Shown: positions 18,481-28,356 of the stretch, in pieces | Numbering within the stretch: position 1 is the stretch's first letter | Layout: each line of letters begins with the position of its first letter | Assembly: GCA_964534175.1 (NCBI GenBank) | Contig: CAZHNS010000002.1 | Location: 11,863-75,862, forward strand | Length of the DNA: 64,000 nt | Direction of reading: 5' to 3' | From: an uncultured bacterium | GTDB lineage: Bacteria; Hydrothermota; UBA3072 | Made by a program: the position numbers and the translations under genes | The notes under the pieces: model-generated | Database searches by the model: none | Told to the model about the DNA's origin: nothing | The model's input: only the letters and a program-made list of their open reading frames with translations

Positions 18481-19509
18481 ATGGATAATAAACTACGAAT
18501 ACCCAAACCGGTTTCGGCAGGAATATTACTGTCGTATAAGTGCAGCAGTGAATGTAAACACTGCATTTATTTTTCCTCTCATCGCTGTGATGCTGACTGG
18601 ATGTCATTAGAAGAAGGAGAAAAAATTCTTACCAAACTCTCCGGAAATATTCTTGGGAGTCAATTTGGTGATGAAGCAATAGGTGTAAATTCCGGCATCC
18701 ATTTCACCGGTGGGGAACCTTTCCTCAATTTTGATCTATTGCTTAATTTGACAAAAATTGCGCATAAGCTTCATATCCCTTCAATATTTGTTGAAACAAA
18801 TTGTTTCTGGGCTAAAGATGATAACTCTGCGAGAGAGAAACTTAAAGCTCTAAAGAACGCAGGGCTTCTTGGTATGCTAATTAGTGTAAATCCTTTTTTG
18901 CTTGACCAGATACCTTTTGAAAAGACGGAAAGAGCCGTTCGAATAGGTAGAGAAATTTTCGGGAAAAATGTGATTGTTTATCAGCAATTTTTCTATGAGC
19001 AATTCAGAAAGCTTGGTATAAATGGTACTTTACCTCTTCAGGATTATCTCACACAATACTCCTATTATCTAAATTTTATCGAGTTATTACCAATGGGTAG
19101 GGTTTGTTATACACTGGGGCCATTATTTATGAGATATCCTGCCAAGAAATTCTTTGGGATTTCATGTATAGACGAAATAACGAGAGACTGGCACGTTCAT
19201 ATCGATAATTATTATAACTATATACCTGGATTTTGTAGCGGAATTTCACTTGGTAACGTACGAAATATGGATTCTATTTCGGGTGAGATAGATTTAAAAA
19301 ACCATCCGATTCTTAGTGCATTATCTACCGATATAAAGAATCTGTATGATTTCGGGAAGTCGGAATTTAATTATAAAGAAAGAAAAGAAGGGTATATTTC
19401 AAAATGTCATCTTTGTTTCGATATAAGAAAATCTATTGCAGAACAGACCGAAGAGCTTAATGAACTTAAGCCCATGGAATTGTACCATCAAGCGGGATTG
19501 GAAGAATAG
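18481..19509 (+). CDS. radical SAM domain protein (CSSECKHC cluster; GGEP motif)
   Basis: CX3CX2C at residues 21-28, HFTGGEPFLNFD; no SPASM cysteine cluster seen. Confidence 0.65.
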   Translation: MDNKLRIPKPVSAGILLSYKCSSECKHCIYFSSHRCDADWMSLEEGEKILTKLSGNILGSQFGDEAIGVNSGIHFTGGEPFLNFDLLLNLTKIAHKLHIPSIFVETNCFWAKDDNSAREKLKALKNAGLLGMLISVNPFLLDQIPFEKTERAVRIGREIFGKNVIVYQQFFYEQFRKLGINGTLPLQDYLTQYSYYLNFIELLPMGRVCYTLGPLFMRYPAKKFFGISCIDEITRDWHVHIDNYYNYIPGFCSGISLGNVRNMDSISGEIDLKNHPILSALSTDIKNLYDFGKSEFNYKERKEGYISKCHLCFDIRKSIAEQTEELNELKPMELYHQAGLEE

Positions 19510-19517
19510 ATAAGTGT

Positions 19518-19653
19518 TTTTAGGGTTTTGGATTTAGGGGTTGGGATTTAGAATTTTGTTCGTGGTTTCAGACAAGCGTTCTCTGAATCCTAGATAAATA
19601 GAAAAATAGAGAAATAGTTGTCTCTTTTCCCCATTTCCCAATTCTCCCATTCT
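19518..19653. repeat. spacer composed of successive short tandem arrays (ggattta-type, aataga-type, cccatt-type)
   Basis: tttagggttttggatttaggggttgggatttagaatttt; aaatagaaaaatagagaaatag; ccccatttcccaattctcccattct. Confidence 0.65.
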
Positions 19654-19702
19654 GCGATTATACTAAACCGGTCTACCGTCTTCGGTCATCCGTCTTTCAT
19701 AC

Positions 19703-19760
19703 CAACAGACCAACAGTCTAAACAATTCGTGTTATTTGTGTGTTTTGTTGTTCTTCTTTT
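19703..19760. repeat. GTTGG/CCAAC palindromic element (copy C, inverted orientation relative to A and B)
   Basis: ccaacagaccaacagtctaaacaat is reverse complement of attgtttagactgttggtctgttgg, followed by GT-rich arm gtgttatttgtgtgttttgttg. Confidence 0.5.
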
Positions 19761-19840
19761 TTAATTTTTGAATCTTGATTTGTAATTTTACTTTTTGATA
19801 TTTGACTTTTACTTTTTAATCAGCAACGCTGCTTAAGCCC

Positions 19841-19870
19841 TTGACAGCTACCCCGCTTTTAGTGTATAAT
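19841..19870 (+). promoter_or_regulatory. sigma70-type promoter cccTTGACA-N18-TATAAT
   Basis: TTGACA 19841-19846, TATAAT 19865-19870. Confidence 0.55.
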
Positions 19871-19924
19871 ATATAAAAATTAGTTAGTTCGGAAAAGGAG
19901 GATATCATAAAAAATATTAAAATA

Positions 19925-20257
19925 TTGCTGTTGCTTTTATTAACCTTACCAATATTCTTGATGAACTGCACAAGAGTGGAAACCGTAAAATACGACGAGA
20001 TTGAGAGAACTCCAAAACCTGAAGATTTTCAAATAGAAGTATATACGGAAGCCGGAGCGCCAAGAGAATACAAGGTAATCGGAACAATATATGTTGACGC
20101 AAATATGAGTAATTCTGAAATAATTAAGAAAATAAAATCTGAAGCAAAAGAAATAGGTGCAGACGCGATAGTCAATATGAAAAAATATGGGACATCAGGG
20201 ATGAAACAACATTGGGGAGCAACAGCTATAGTTTGGATTGATAAAAAACCAGAGTGA
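19925..20257 (+). CDS. small lipoprotein (lipobox FLMNC), YbjQ/heavy-metal-binding-like fold possible
   Basis: Signal peptide with Cys; AKEIGADAIVN motif; RBS AAGGAGG. Confidence 0.5.
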   Translation: MLLLLLTLPIFLMNCTRVETVKYDEIERTPKPEDFQIEVYTEAGAPREYKVIGTIYVDANMSNSEIIKKIKSEAKEIGADAIVNMKKYGTSGMKQHWGATAIVWIDKKPE

Positions 20258-20281
20258 AATAGGGAAAAATAAAATTAAAAT

Positions 20282-20480
20282 CTCTGTGTTCTCTGTGAGT
20301 TTGTTTTTTCTCTGTGCCCTCTGTGGTTAATATTTTAGTTAGGAGGTTAGGTGGTTGGGAAGTTAGAGGGTTAAAACAACAAAAAAAATCTTTGTGTTCT
20401 TTGCGTAAATTGCAGGTTTCGTGTTTTGAGTTTCGGGGGAAAAATAAAAAATTTAGTGTATTTAGTGTGTTTCGTGGTTT
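20282..20480. repeat. spacer of short tandem arrays (ctctgtg-type, gttagg-type, tttagtgt-type)
   Basis: ctctgtgttctctgtgagtttgttttttctctgtgccctctgtgg; gttaggaggttaggtggttgggaagttagagggtt; tttagtgtatttagtgtgtttcgtgg. Confidence 0.65.
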
Positions 20481-20489
20481 AATATTCTT

Positions 20490-21299
20490 TCAGTCTTTCA
20501 AATTCATCAGTTGAATCTCGCCGGGACGTTCTCCCAAGAAATTCACAACTGTTCGCTCGAAGTTTCTCGGTATATCCGAAAGATATATCTTAAGAGAACC
20601 CTCACTTTTGTTCCTTAAATCCTTATCATTTAAAAACTTCTCCAGAAGCAGTGCAGCTTCTTTTCCGGGTTCGATTATTGCAACATTATCCCCCACAACA
20701 TCCTTTATCACTGAACAAAGCAAAGGATAATGGGTACATCCTAATATTAAAGAGTCTATATTTTCTGCTATCAAAGGAGAAAGATATTTTTCCGCTATAA
20801 GAAGAGGAACCTCGCCCTCGGTCCAGCCTTCTTCTACGAGAGAAACAAAAAGAGGACAGGCTGCCGAGTAAATATTAATTCCTTCGAAATTATCTGCTAT
20901 TCTTTTTTTAAAAGCTTCGCTCTCGATAGTTGCGTTTGTTCCTATTACCCCGACTTTCTCACTGTTTTTATTAGACAAAGCATTAACTCCCGGGTCTATC
21001 ATACCTATGATAGGTATAGGAACTTCTTCTTTTAATTCATCCAACGCGTTGGAAGAAACCGAAAAACAAGCCGAAACAATAACTTTAACTTTGAAACTCT
21101 GGAGAAAACGAATATCTTCCTTTGCAAAACGCAAAATGGTTTCCTTGGATTTAGTCCCGTAGGGTACTCTGGCACTATCACCAAAGTAAATAATTGTTTC
21201 TTCTGGTAATATTTTACGTATTTCTCTAACTACAGTAAGCCCGCCTATACCGGAATCGAAAACGCCTATGGGATCATGCTTATGTCCTTGATTTTGCAT
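20490..21299 (-). CDS. murI: glutamate racemase
   Basis: IGVFDSGIGGLTV N-terminal motif and conserved Cys residues. Confidence 0.9.
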   Translation of the reverse strand: MQNQGHKHDPIGVFDSGIGGLTVVREIRKILPEETIIYFGDSARVPYGTKSKETILRFAKEDIRFLQSFKVKVIVSACFSVSSNALDELKEEVPIPIIGMIDPGVNALSNKNSEKVGVIGTNATIESEAFKKRIADNFEGINIYSAACPLFVSLVEEGWTEGEVPLLIAEKYLSPLIAENIDSLILGCTHYPLLCSVIKDVVGDNVAIIEPGKEAALLLEKFLNDKDLRNKSEGSLKIYLSDIPRNFERTVVNFLGERPGEIQLMNLKD

Positions 21300-22614
21300 A
21301 AGCTTCTATACCCTCAACAATTGCATCGCAGGCTTTCTCCAAAAATTTGTTATCCAGCAGTTTTTTCCTGTCTTCAGGATGCGTCAAGAAAGCTATCTCA
21401 ACTAAAACCGCCGGCATATAATTCAGGCGAAGGACATAAAAGTTTGCCTGCTTCAATCCTCTATTATAAAGATCGAGTTTTTGCACCATACTTTCCTGGA
21501 TACAAATACCTGCTTGTTGTGATTCTTCCAGAAACTGAGTTTGAGCAAGATCATTCAATATGTAATCGAGTTCGGATAAACCTGCACCTTCTTTTGCTTC
21601 GAACCTGATCGCGGAGTTCTCGGTTGCCTCGACTGTTCTTGCCCAATCACTTCTTGCTGCCGACAGAAAGTATGTCTCGGCACCATTCATTGCCCTTTTA
21701 TTGGGAGCTGCATTACAATGAATCGAAACAAAAAGGTCGGCCCTTGCCGAATCGGCAATTTTCGTTCTATCTTTTAAGGGAATAAATACATCCTCAGTTC
21801 TTGTCATTATTACATTATAATTTTTCCTTGCGAGCTTTGCGGCAATCTTCTTCGCCGCTTTCAAAACTATATCCTTTTCGAGAACGTTACTACATACTGC
21901 TCCCGGATCCTTTCCACCATGTCCCGGATCGATAACAATGGTTTTTAAACTCCTTTCCACAAATGTTTTAACCTTAATGTTTAAGAATTTGCCATTTCTT
22001 ATTGCGTCCATCGCAAGATTGTTTTTAACTTTAAAACGAAACTTTATAAAACCATCTCCCTTCTCGAATTTTATATCCTCTATTAAGCCTTTTGGAGAAA
22101 CCTCTGCAATTTCTTTGTTATATATCGGATCAAAAATAACCAAAACCCATTCGTCTTTAACCTTGTTAAAAAGATGTTTTAAAGTAGAAGAACATTCAAT
22201 TTTAAAAATAGTACTGGACGGAGTAACCTCCCAATCAGTTTTACGGATATTCACTTTTGTTCCAACTTCGAGTATTCCTTGATTAAATTTAGCTTCCATA
22301 TTCGTTAAACTCCCAAGAATCAGGGGCAATGAAGAAACCGGAACATACAGATTGTTTCCTTTTTTCATTGGAGGTATCTCTGTCTGAAAAATATCCCGAT
22401 TTACTTTTACAAAAGGATTATCAGGCATAATGGAAACAATGTTTTCTTTTTGAATTGTTAAGATTTGCGTATTAAGATCCCAATAATAAGAAAAATCCAT
22501 CTCCTCGAGCATTGAACCGCCATTTATATATTTATGTTGACCAATACTGTACTCATGGAATGTATGCATTTTTCCAGACAGGTTAACACTTAAAGAGAAA
22601 AAGAGAAAAATCAT
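21280..22614 (-). CDS. N-acetylmuramoyl-L-alanine amidase (Amidase_3, AmiC-like, with N-terminal targeting domain)
   Basis: IVIDPGHGGKDPGA and ADLFVSIHCNA zinc-binding motifs. Confidence 0.8.
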   Translation of the reverse strand: MIFLFFSLSVNLSGKMHTFHEYSIGQHKYINGGSMLEEMDFSYYWDLNTQILTIQKENIVSIMPDNPFVKVNRDIFQTEIPPMKKGNNLYVPVSSLPLILGSLTNMEAKFNQGILEVGTKVNIRKTDWEVTPSSTIFKIECSSTLKHLFNKVKDEWVLVIFDPIYNKEIAEVSPKGLIEDIKFEKGDGFIKFRFKVKNNLAMDAIRNGKFLNIKVKTFVERSLKTIVIDPGHGGKDPGAVCSNVLEKDIVLKAAKKIAAKLARKNYNVIMTRTEDVFIPLKDRTKIADSARADLFVSIHCNAAPNKRAMNGAETYFLSAARSDWARTVEATENSAIRFEAKEGAGLSELDYILNDLAQTQFLEESQQAGICIQESMVQKLDLYNRGLKQANFYVLRLNYMPAVLVEIAFLTHPEDRKKLLDNKFLEKACDAIVEGIEAYAKSRT

Positions 22615-23057
22615 AAGTATCTTTTTATCTCCCTTTTTTGCTCTTTTTTAATTATTTTTTCTCTCTTTTCGTACTTTTTCTTTCCTTTCACAACAGCCAA
22701 AGATATTTTTACCAGGTTTTTTCTTATATATACTTCAAGGGGTATTAAAGTCAGCCCTTTGTTTTTCAGCTTGCCCTCAATTTTTCTTATTTCATTTTTA
22801 TTCAGAAGAAGCTTTCTCTCCCTTTTAGCATCCAAACTATCCTGCGCCTTTCCATAAGGAGAAATATGCATGTTGAAAAGAAAAATTTCCCCTCTAACCA
22901 CCGCAGCAAAAGAATCAGATAAACTAACTTTACCCTGCCTCACAGATTTCACCTCTGATCCTTTTAGAACAACACCGGCTTCATAGGTATCAAGAATATG
23001 ATATTCAAATTTAGCTTTTCTATTTTTAGCAATCACTTTTTTACTTATGAATTCCAC
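22611..23057 (-). CDS. smpB: SsrA-binding protein SmpB
   Basis: KVIAKNRKAKFEYHILDTYEAGVVLKGSEVKS conserved N-terminus; basic C-tail. Confidence 0.9.
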   Translation of the reverse strand: MEFISKKVIAKNRKAKFEYHILDTYEAGVVLKGSEVKSVRQGKVSLSDSFAAVVRGEIFLFNMHISPYGKAQDSLDAKRERKLLLNKNEIRKIEGKLKNKGLTLIPLEVYIRKNLVKISLAVVKGKKKYEKREKIIKKEQKREIKRYL

Positions 23058-23094
23058 CTTGACTTATTCCTTATATTCAATATAATTTTAGACA

Positions 23095-23739
23095 ATGAAT
23101 AAGTTTATTTATCCGCTATTTGTCATAATAATATTATGTTTCTTTAATTGTGCAAGGCAGGTTGTCAAAAAAACAATCTCCGAGGATACTCTTTTAGAAA
23201 ACATTGACCATTGGCAGGGTAAAGTTACACAAAAAAGCGGTACAGGAGAAATGACTGTCTCTGAACCAGACAAGCGTTTTTCCTCTTATTTCTCTTGCAA
23301 CTATATTGTTAATCAACAAACCTTAAACGGTGAACTGTTAGGATCTTTTGGAATGTCAATTGGTACTTTTTATTTTTCTGAGGATTCGATTTCTATAAGA
23401 GATAAAGATGGCAAACAGGTAAAAAAAGAAGTCCTTTCATTATTTGAAGAAAACCCGGATGCTTCACTACCTCGATTTCTCATGTGGGACGTACCTCTTC
23501 CCAGTAACTCGGAAGTGATCCCCCTGGAGAACGGCTGGCTTTTATCGGACAATAATTCTGAAATTTTTATTTCAACTGATTTCAGGCCAACTCGAGTGGT
23601 ACTACACCGAGACAATAAAATCATAATTAAATATTCGGATTTTCGTATGCAAGAAGGAATACCCTGTCCCTTTAAAATTGAAGCTAAGACAGAACAAAAG
23701 AGTTTAGAAATCGAGTTTAGAAAGATAAAATTAGAATGA
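23095..23739 (+). CDS. hypothetical lipoprotein (lipobox FFNC)
   Basis: Signal peptide plus Cys; no family recognised. Confidence 0.45.
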   Translation: MNKFIYPLFVIIILCFFNCARQVVKKTISEDTLLENIDHWQGKVTQKSGTGEMTVSEPDKRFSSYFSCNYIVNQQTLNGELLGSFGMSIGTFYFSEDSISIRDKDGKQVKKEVLSLFEENPDASLPRFLMWDVPLPSNSEVIPLENGWLLSDNNSEIFISTDFRPTRVVLHRDNKIIIKYSDFRMQEGIPCPFKIEAKTEQKSLEIEFRKIKLE

Positions 23740-25484
23740 TTTTTTTCATATTAACAATATCTCTTATCGGTCAAAGTAACACAAACAAGGAATTAATATC
23801 GGAAAAGGATTCCTCAGCAACCAATCTTCAAATATCCTCTAAGGACTCTTCGGCTAAGTCTTATTCAATTAAAGAACTTTATCGATTGGATTCTCTTTTG
23901 CTCTCAAAGGGAAATTTTAAAGAGAGTGAGCTTACCGAGAATAAGTTGATAGAAGTTGTAAGAAAAAATAATAATTACATAAATTCAAGTCTTGCTAACA
24001 AATACCTGAGTCAGGGAATAAAAGATCTAAAAAAGAGAAGAACTGAAAGAGGAAAAAGGAAAATCATTTTTGCCTCTAGGCTCGATCCGTCAAATAGACA
24101 TATACCCCTAACTATGGCTAAATTAAGTTTTCCGAGTATAACCAAAACTTTTAAATATCTATGGAATTATATCCTGACAATCCACTTTCTAAATAATAAA
24201 GTTTTTCTGATAAAAATTTTAATATTGCTTTTAATTCTATCTGCTTCCTGGATTTTACTTTCGACATTAAGTGCCAGTATTGTTTTTTTTATATCCTATA
24301 TCACGAAATGGATACAGAATAAAATTAATATAAGCGGATTATGGATTGGAGCTATATTGTTTTCTATGTTTGTATGGATACCTATACAATTTGTTTTTCT
24401 TATACTTATAGCTATTTCTTTGTTAAAAATTAATAAGGCCAATCTAATCAGATGCGCTACTCTCTTAATTCTACTACCCCTTTTAATTTCATACTCCTAT
24501 ATTATAAGTGAGAATTTCAATCCGGGTAGTTCTATCTATAAAGAATTTAAAACACGTTTTAATCCTTATTCTTACAACATTGATTCCCCGTTAACGCCTT
24601 ATGGATATTCTGTAAAAGGCATAAAAGAAGCTACTAAGGAAAATTTCACCGAAGCCAAAGATTTCTTTGAAAAAGGTTATAACATTAGAAGAGATGTAAA
24701 CTATCTAGAAAACCTAAGCTCCGTTTATTACGCGGAAGGAGACACTGCCAGAGCAATTAATATGTGCGAAAACATTATCTCTAATTATCCTCAAAATGAG
24801 ATAGCAAATATTACCATCATAAAAATACTCTATGACCAACTTAATTTCGATGGAGCTGAAGCTCATATGAAGAAAACGGGGGTTAGACTTGCGGGTATAT
24901 CTAATCTGGAGCCTCCTTTATACATTTATCCACCTGAAAGGTGGCTTTACAAGTATATATTTGTACCAAGGGGTTTCTTTAAGAAACTCGCCCGCAATCA
25001 TCTATACTTAATGATAATAATAGGAATTTGTCTCGCAATAATGGCAACTTTTAAAAAAGAAGAAAATAAATACTGTCCAATTTGTAAAGGCTTTATGTTG
25101 ACCGGTCAAGGCAAAGAAAACATGTGTCTTTCATGTATAAAAAAGCTATCATTAACGAAATCGAAAAGTATAAGAGAAAGACTTAAAAGGCGTATAATCT
25201 CAAAGGCATTCAAAGTTGATAAAATAACTAACATATTGATGAATTTGATAATCCCAGGAAGTGCCCATTTTTACAAAAAAAGGTACCTTGAGGGTATTAT
25301 AATCAGTTTCTTTGCAGCTGTATTATTTCTGATTTTTCTTTTTTCTATATTATTTCAAGTTGAAGAATCTTTACAATATAGAACTTATATAGGAAACGAC
25401 TTTTTTATAATAGCTATTATATTGTTTTATTCATTGTCAACATTTTCAAGCTGGAGGTTAGAATTACATGGAAATGGAAGGTAG
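23736..25484 (+). CDS. polytopic membrane protein with TPR segment and internal CPICx(n)CLSC zinc ribbon
   Basis: Multiple TM helices, TPR-like region, Cys4 cluster; overlaps flanking genes. Confidence 0.5.
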   Translation: MIFFILTISLIGQSNTNKELISEKDSSATNLQISSKDSSAKSYSIKELYRLDSLLLSKGNFKESELTENKLIEVVRKNNNYINSSLANKYLSQGIKDLKKRRTERGKRKIIFASRLDPSNRHIPLTMAKLSFPSITKTFKYLWNYILTIHFLNNKVFLIKILILLLILSASWILLSTLSASIVFFISYITKWIQNKINISGLWIGAILFSMFVWIPIQFVFLILIAISLLKINKANLIRCATLLILLPLLISYSYIISENFNPGSSIYKEFKTRFNPYSYNIDSPLTPYGYSVKGIKEATKENFTEAKDFFEKGYNIRRDVNYLENLSSVYYAEGDTARAINMCENIISNYPQNEIANITIIKILYDQLNFDGAEAHMKKTGVRLAGISNLEPPLYIYPPERWLYKYIFVPRGFFKKLARNHLYLMIIIGICLAIMATFKKEENKYCPICKGFMLTGQGKENMCLSCIKKLSLTKSKSIRERLKRRIISKAFKVDKITNILMNLIIPGSAHFYKKRYLEGIIISFFAAVLFLIFLFSILFQVEESLQYRTYIGNDFFIIAIILFYSLSTFSSWRLELHGNGR

Positions 25485-26406
25485 TATAGAGGAATTTTCT
25501 GTTCCTGAAATATTGCAGTTTTTATCTCTGCACGAAGCAGACGGAGTACTTAAACTCAAATCGGGAAGGGAAGAAATAGATTTCGGATTTAAAAGGGGAA
25601 AAATAACGGATGCCCTTCATAAGGGAGAGAAACTTTTCCATTCTATAAGCGAATATATCCAGAGAACAGGTTTAATTGATCCCAATACATTTAAGAAACT
25701 TAATGAAAGAGCTAAGGAATTAAAGCTCAATTTGATGCAGATTGTTGAGAAGGGAGAAGCTTTATCTCAAAAAGAAATCGAGAAAATAATAGCTTTCAAA
25801 ATCCAGGAGACGACTTGCGAAATATTAACCTGGAATGCAGGCAAATATTCCTTCGAAGCCGGAAAGAAGCTATATCAACACTCCACATTTTCTGTTGAAC
25901 TTGAACCCAATACTCTGGTTATGGAAGGTATAAGAAGAATAGACGAATGGCCGTTGATAGAAAAAGCTTTGCCTGATGAAAACATAATCTTGAGAAAACT
26001 CGAAAAACCAGAAATAGATGTTGAAATCGGAGAAGACGAAGAAATCATATTAGAAAAAATCACAAGAGACATCACTTTACATGAATTAGTCGAAATATCG
26101 GGAATTGGGAAATTCAGAACTTATAATTCAGCATATAAGCTTATCGAAATTGGACTCATTGAAAAAACCAAGGGTAAAGGCAAAATCAAGAAACGGAAAA
26201 AGAGTTTTGCGAAAAAACGCAGCATGTCGTCCCCTCTGGACTTAAAACAAATTCTCCTTTATGGTTTTATTCTTTTAAATATTATTTTCCTGTTTAAGTT
26301 CAGGATAAATCATCTTGGAGATAACATAAGAGATATTAAAAACTTACTTAGAGACCCCTCTCGGGTGGAAACTATATTGCCTTTAATCTCGGAAGGCCAG
26401 AAATAG
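25468..26406 (+). CDS. DUF4388 domain-containing protein
   Basis: N-terminus FSVPEILQFLSLHEADGVLKLKSGREEIDFGFKRGKITDA fits DUF4388 pattern. Confidence 0.55.
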   Translation: MEMEGSIEEFSVPEILQFLSLHEADGVLKLKSGREEIDFGFKRGKITDALHKGEKLFHSISEYIQRTGLIDPNTFKKLNERAKELKLNLMQIVEKGEALSQKEIEKIIAFKIQETTCEILTWNAGKYSFEAGKKLYQHSTFSVELEPNTLVMEGIRRIDEWPLIEKALPDENIILRKLEKPEIDVEIGEDEEIILEKITRDITLHELVEISGIGKFRTYNSAYKLIEIGLIEKTKGKGKIKKRKKSFAKKRSMSSPLDLKQILLYGFILLNIIFLFKFRINHLGDNIRDIKNLLRDPSRVETILPLISEGQK

Positions 26407-26475
26407 ATTATGCCGAGAAATAAACTTCGAATAAAATGTTAAATATTTATTATAACTATAAAAAAGGAGAGAAAA

Positions 26476-26817
26476 ATGAGTGAGGATGACAAAAAAACTA
26501 AAATAAAAGTAAGTAAAAAGGATATCGATGATGGTAAAAGCATAGCATGGTTGTCTTATCTGGGTTTATTGCTCTTTATTCCGCTCTTGGTAAAACCCGA
26601 GAATACTTTCTGTAAACATCACGCAAAACAGGGCATTGTACTATTAGTACTCTGGATTGTTGTCTTAATATTAAGTCCCTTTATTAGAGTCCTTGACTCT
26701 CTGGCATTGCTGGCTATAGCCGTAATAGCTATTATTGGTATCGTTCAATCCCTCTCCGGCATCTACTGGAAAGCTCCGCTCGGTATATATCAGCTGTCTC
26801 AGAAATTTAAGTTTTAA
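26476..26817 (+). CDS. small membrane protein, DUF4870/Tic20-like (HHAKQ motif)
   Basis: Three TM segments, FCKHHAKQGIVLL motif. Confidence 0.45.
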   Translation: MSEDDKKTKIKVSKKDIDDGKSIAWLSYLGLLLFIPLLVKPENTFCKHHAKQGIVLLVLWIVVLILSPFIRVLDSLALLAIAVIAIIGIVQSLSGIYWKAPLGIYQLSQKFKF

Positions 26818-26835
26818 ATCAATAGTGAGTTTGTT

Positions 26836-27309
26836 ATGAGCGAAGAAAAAGCTTTCAAGAAATGGATAGACAAGATAGCAAAAAGTATTCCGGGATTTAA
26901 GGGCTATTATAAGAAAGAAGAGAGGCGAGAAACCGACCAGTTGCTCCGGGAAAAAATTGCGAAAAAGCTTAAGGCCATTAAAGATATTCTAAATGAAAAA
27001 GGTCGCCTGGTTACAAAATCCGGAGATCTCGGACCTCTTGATGCAATTGCAAGAATCGACAAAAATTTGGAAAAACTAATCGATTCAATCAGATACGCGA
27101 ATTATGGTTATAGTGGTTTTTTCGACCAGAAAGAAATTTCTCTGGATACTCTCCGCTCAATTTATAAAGCTGATTTAAGCTTAATGGAGTGGGTTAAAGA
27201 TTTCACGGATAATTCTACTGTTGATAGCGATCTCGCAGAAATAGCGAAAAATATTGAGACAGGATTTGATCTACTTGCTAAACGCTTAAAAATCGTAGAG
27301 GGGGATTAA
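26836..27309 (+). CDS. hypothetical cytoplasmic helical protein
   Basis: ORF tightly linked upstream of SPFH gene (2 nt gap). Confidence 0.45.
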   Translation: MSEEKAFKKWIDKIAKSIPGFKGYYKKEERRETDQLLREKIAKKLKAIKDILNEKGRLVTKSGDLGPLDAIARIDKNLEKLIDSIRYANYGYSGFFDQKEISLDTLRSIYKADLSLMEWVKDFTDNSTVDSDLAEIAKNIETGFDLLAKRLKIVEGD

Positions 27310-27310
27310 A

Positions 27311-28345
27311 ATGGGATTATTTCTCGAAGTTATCGAATTTTTAGATAATGAAGGAAGGGAAGTAGTACACCGAGTACCCGAAGAAGGTTCTGCAGAAACT
27401 TCTATTGGCAGTCAGTTGGTCGTCAGAGAAAACCAATCAGCCGTTTTCTTTCGTGACGGTAGAGCTCTCGATACTTTTGGCCCGGGAAGGCACACTCTGA
27501 CTACTGCAAACCTTCCTCTCTTAAAGAAATTGATAGGTGCCGCTTTTGAAGGTAAAAGTCCGTTCCGTACCGAAGTATATTTCGTCAATAACAAGGTCTT
27601 CACTAATGCAAAATGGGGAACCCAGGAACCTATTCCGTTTAGGGATAAAGAGCTGAAGATGATAAGAATAAGGGCAAACGGAATATATTCATATAAGGTT
27701 TCTGACCCTCGATTTTTTATAAACAAGATTGTAGGTACTGAAAACATTAAGGACAGAGAAGAAGTAGAAAATTTCTTTAAGAATGTCATAATATCGAGAT
27801 TGACCGATTTTTTAGGCGAAAATTACTCAACTATTTTTGATCTTGCAAAGGATTATGACGAACTCTCCGCAGGTGCTAAATCAAGAATTTATGAAGATTT
27901 CGACAAGTATGGACTTGATTTGAGAGATTTCTACATCAGGTCGATAACCCCGCCTCCGGAAGTGCAGAAAATGATAGATGAACGTTCAGGTATGGGTGTT
28001 GTTGGCGATCTAAATCAATTCACTCAGTTCCAGGCAGCGAAAGCTCTTAGGGACGCCGCTTCACAGGAAGGAGGTGCTGCGGGAACAGGAGTCGGAGTCG
28101 GCGCAGGTATTGGAATGGGGGCAATGATACCCGGCATGATGCAGAAATCTACCGGTGAGGGAAAAGGAGGGGGAGCAGCCCCTTCTGATGAGCCTTGCCC
28201 TAAATGCGGTAAACCGGTTCCGGCGAATTCGAAATTCTGTCCTGAATGCGGGTCAAAGATAGAAGGAAAGGCTTTTTGTACGAAATGCGGCAAGGAGATG
28301 CCTGCCGATGCAAAATTCTGTCCTGAATGCGGCGAAAAACAGTAA
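27311..28345 (+). CDS. SPFH/Band-7 family protein (Band_7_1 type, YdjI-like) with C-terminal double zinc ribbon
   Basis: N-terminal MGLFLEV...VVHR...GSQLVVRENQSAVFF...G signature; C-terminal CPKCG...CPECG...CTKCG...CPECG. Confidence 0.7.
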   Translation: MGLFLEVIEFLDNEGREVVHRVPEEGSAETSIGSQLVVRENQSAVFFRDGRALDTFGPGRHTLTTANLPLLKKLIGAAFEGKSPFRTEVYFVNNKVFTNAKWGTQEPIPFRDKELKMIRIRANGIYSYKVSDPRFFINKIVGTENIKDREEVENFFKNVIISRLTDFLGENYSTIFDLAKDYDELSAGAKSRIYEDFDKYGLDLRDFYIRSITPPPEVQKMIDERSGMGVVGDLNQFTQFQAAKALRDAASQEGGAAGTGVGVGAGIGMGAMIPGMMQKSTGEGKGGGAAPSDEPCPKCGKPVPANSKFCPECGSKIEGKAFCTKCGKEMPADAKFCPECGEKQ

Positions 28346-28356
28346 ATATCTGATGA

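Noticed and set aside
16565-20480. Short tandem repeats as possible CRISPR arrays
   Set aside because: Repeat units are only 6-10 nt, directly abutting and degenerate, with no unique spacers of 25-40 nt and no cas genes.
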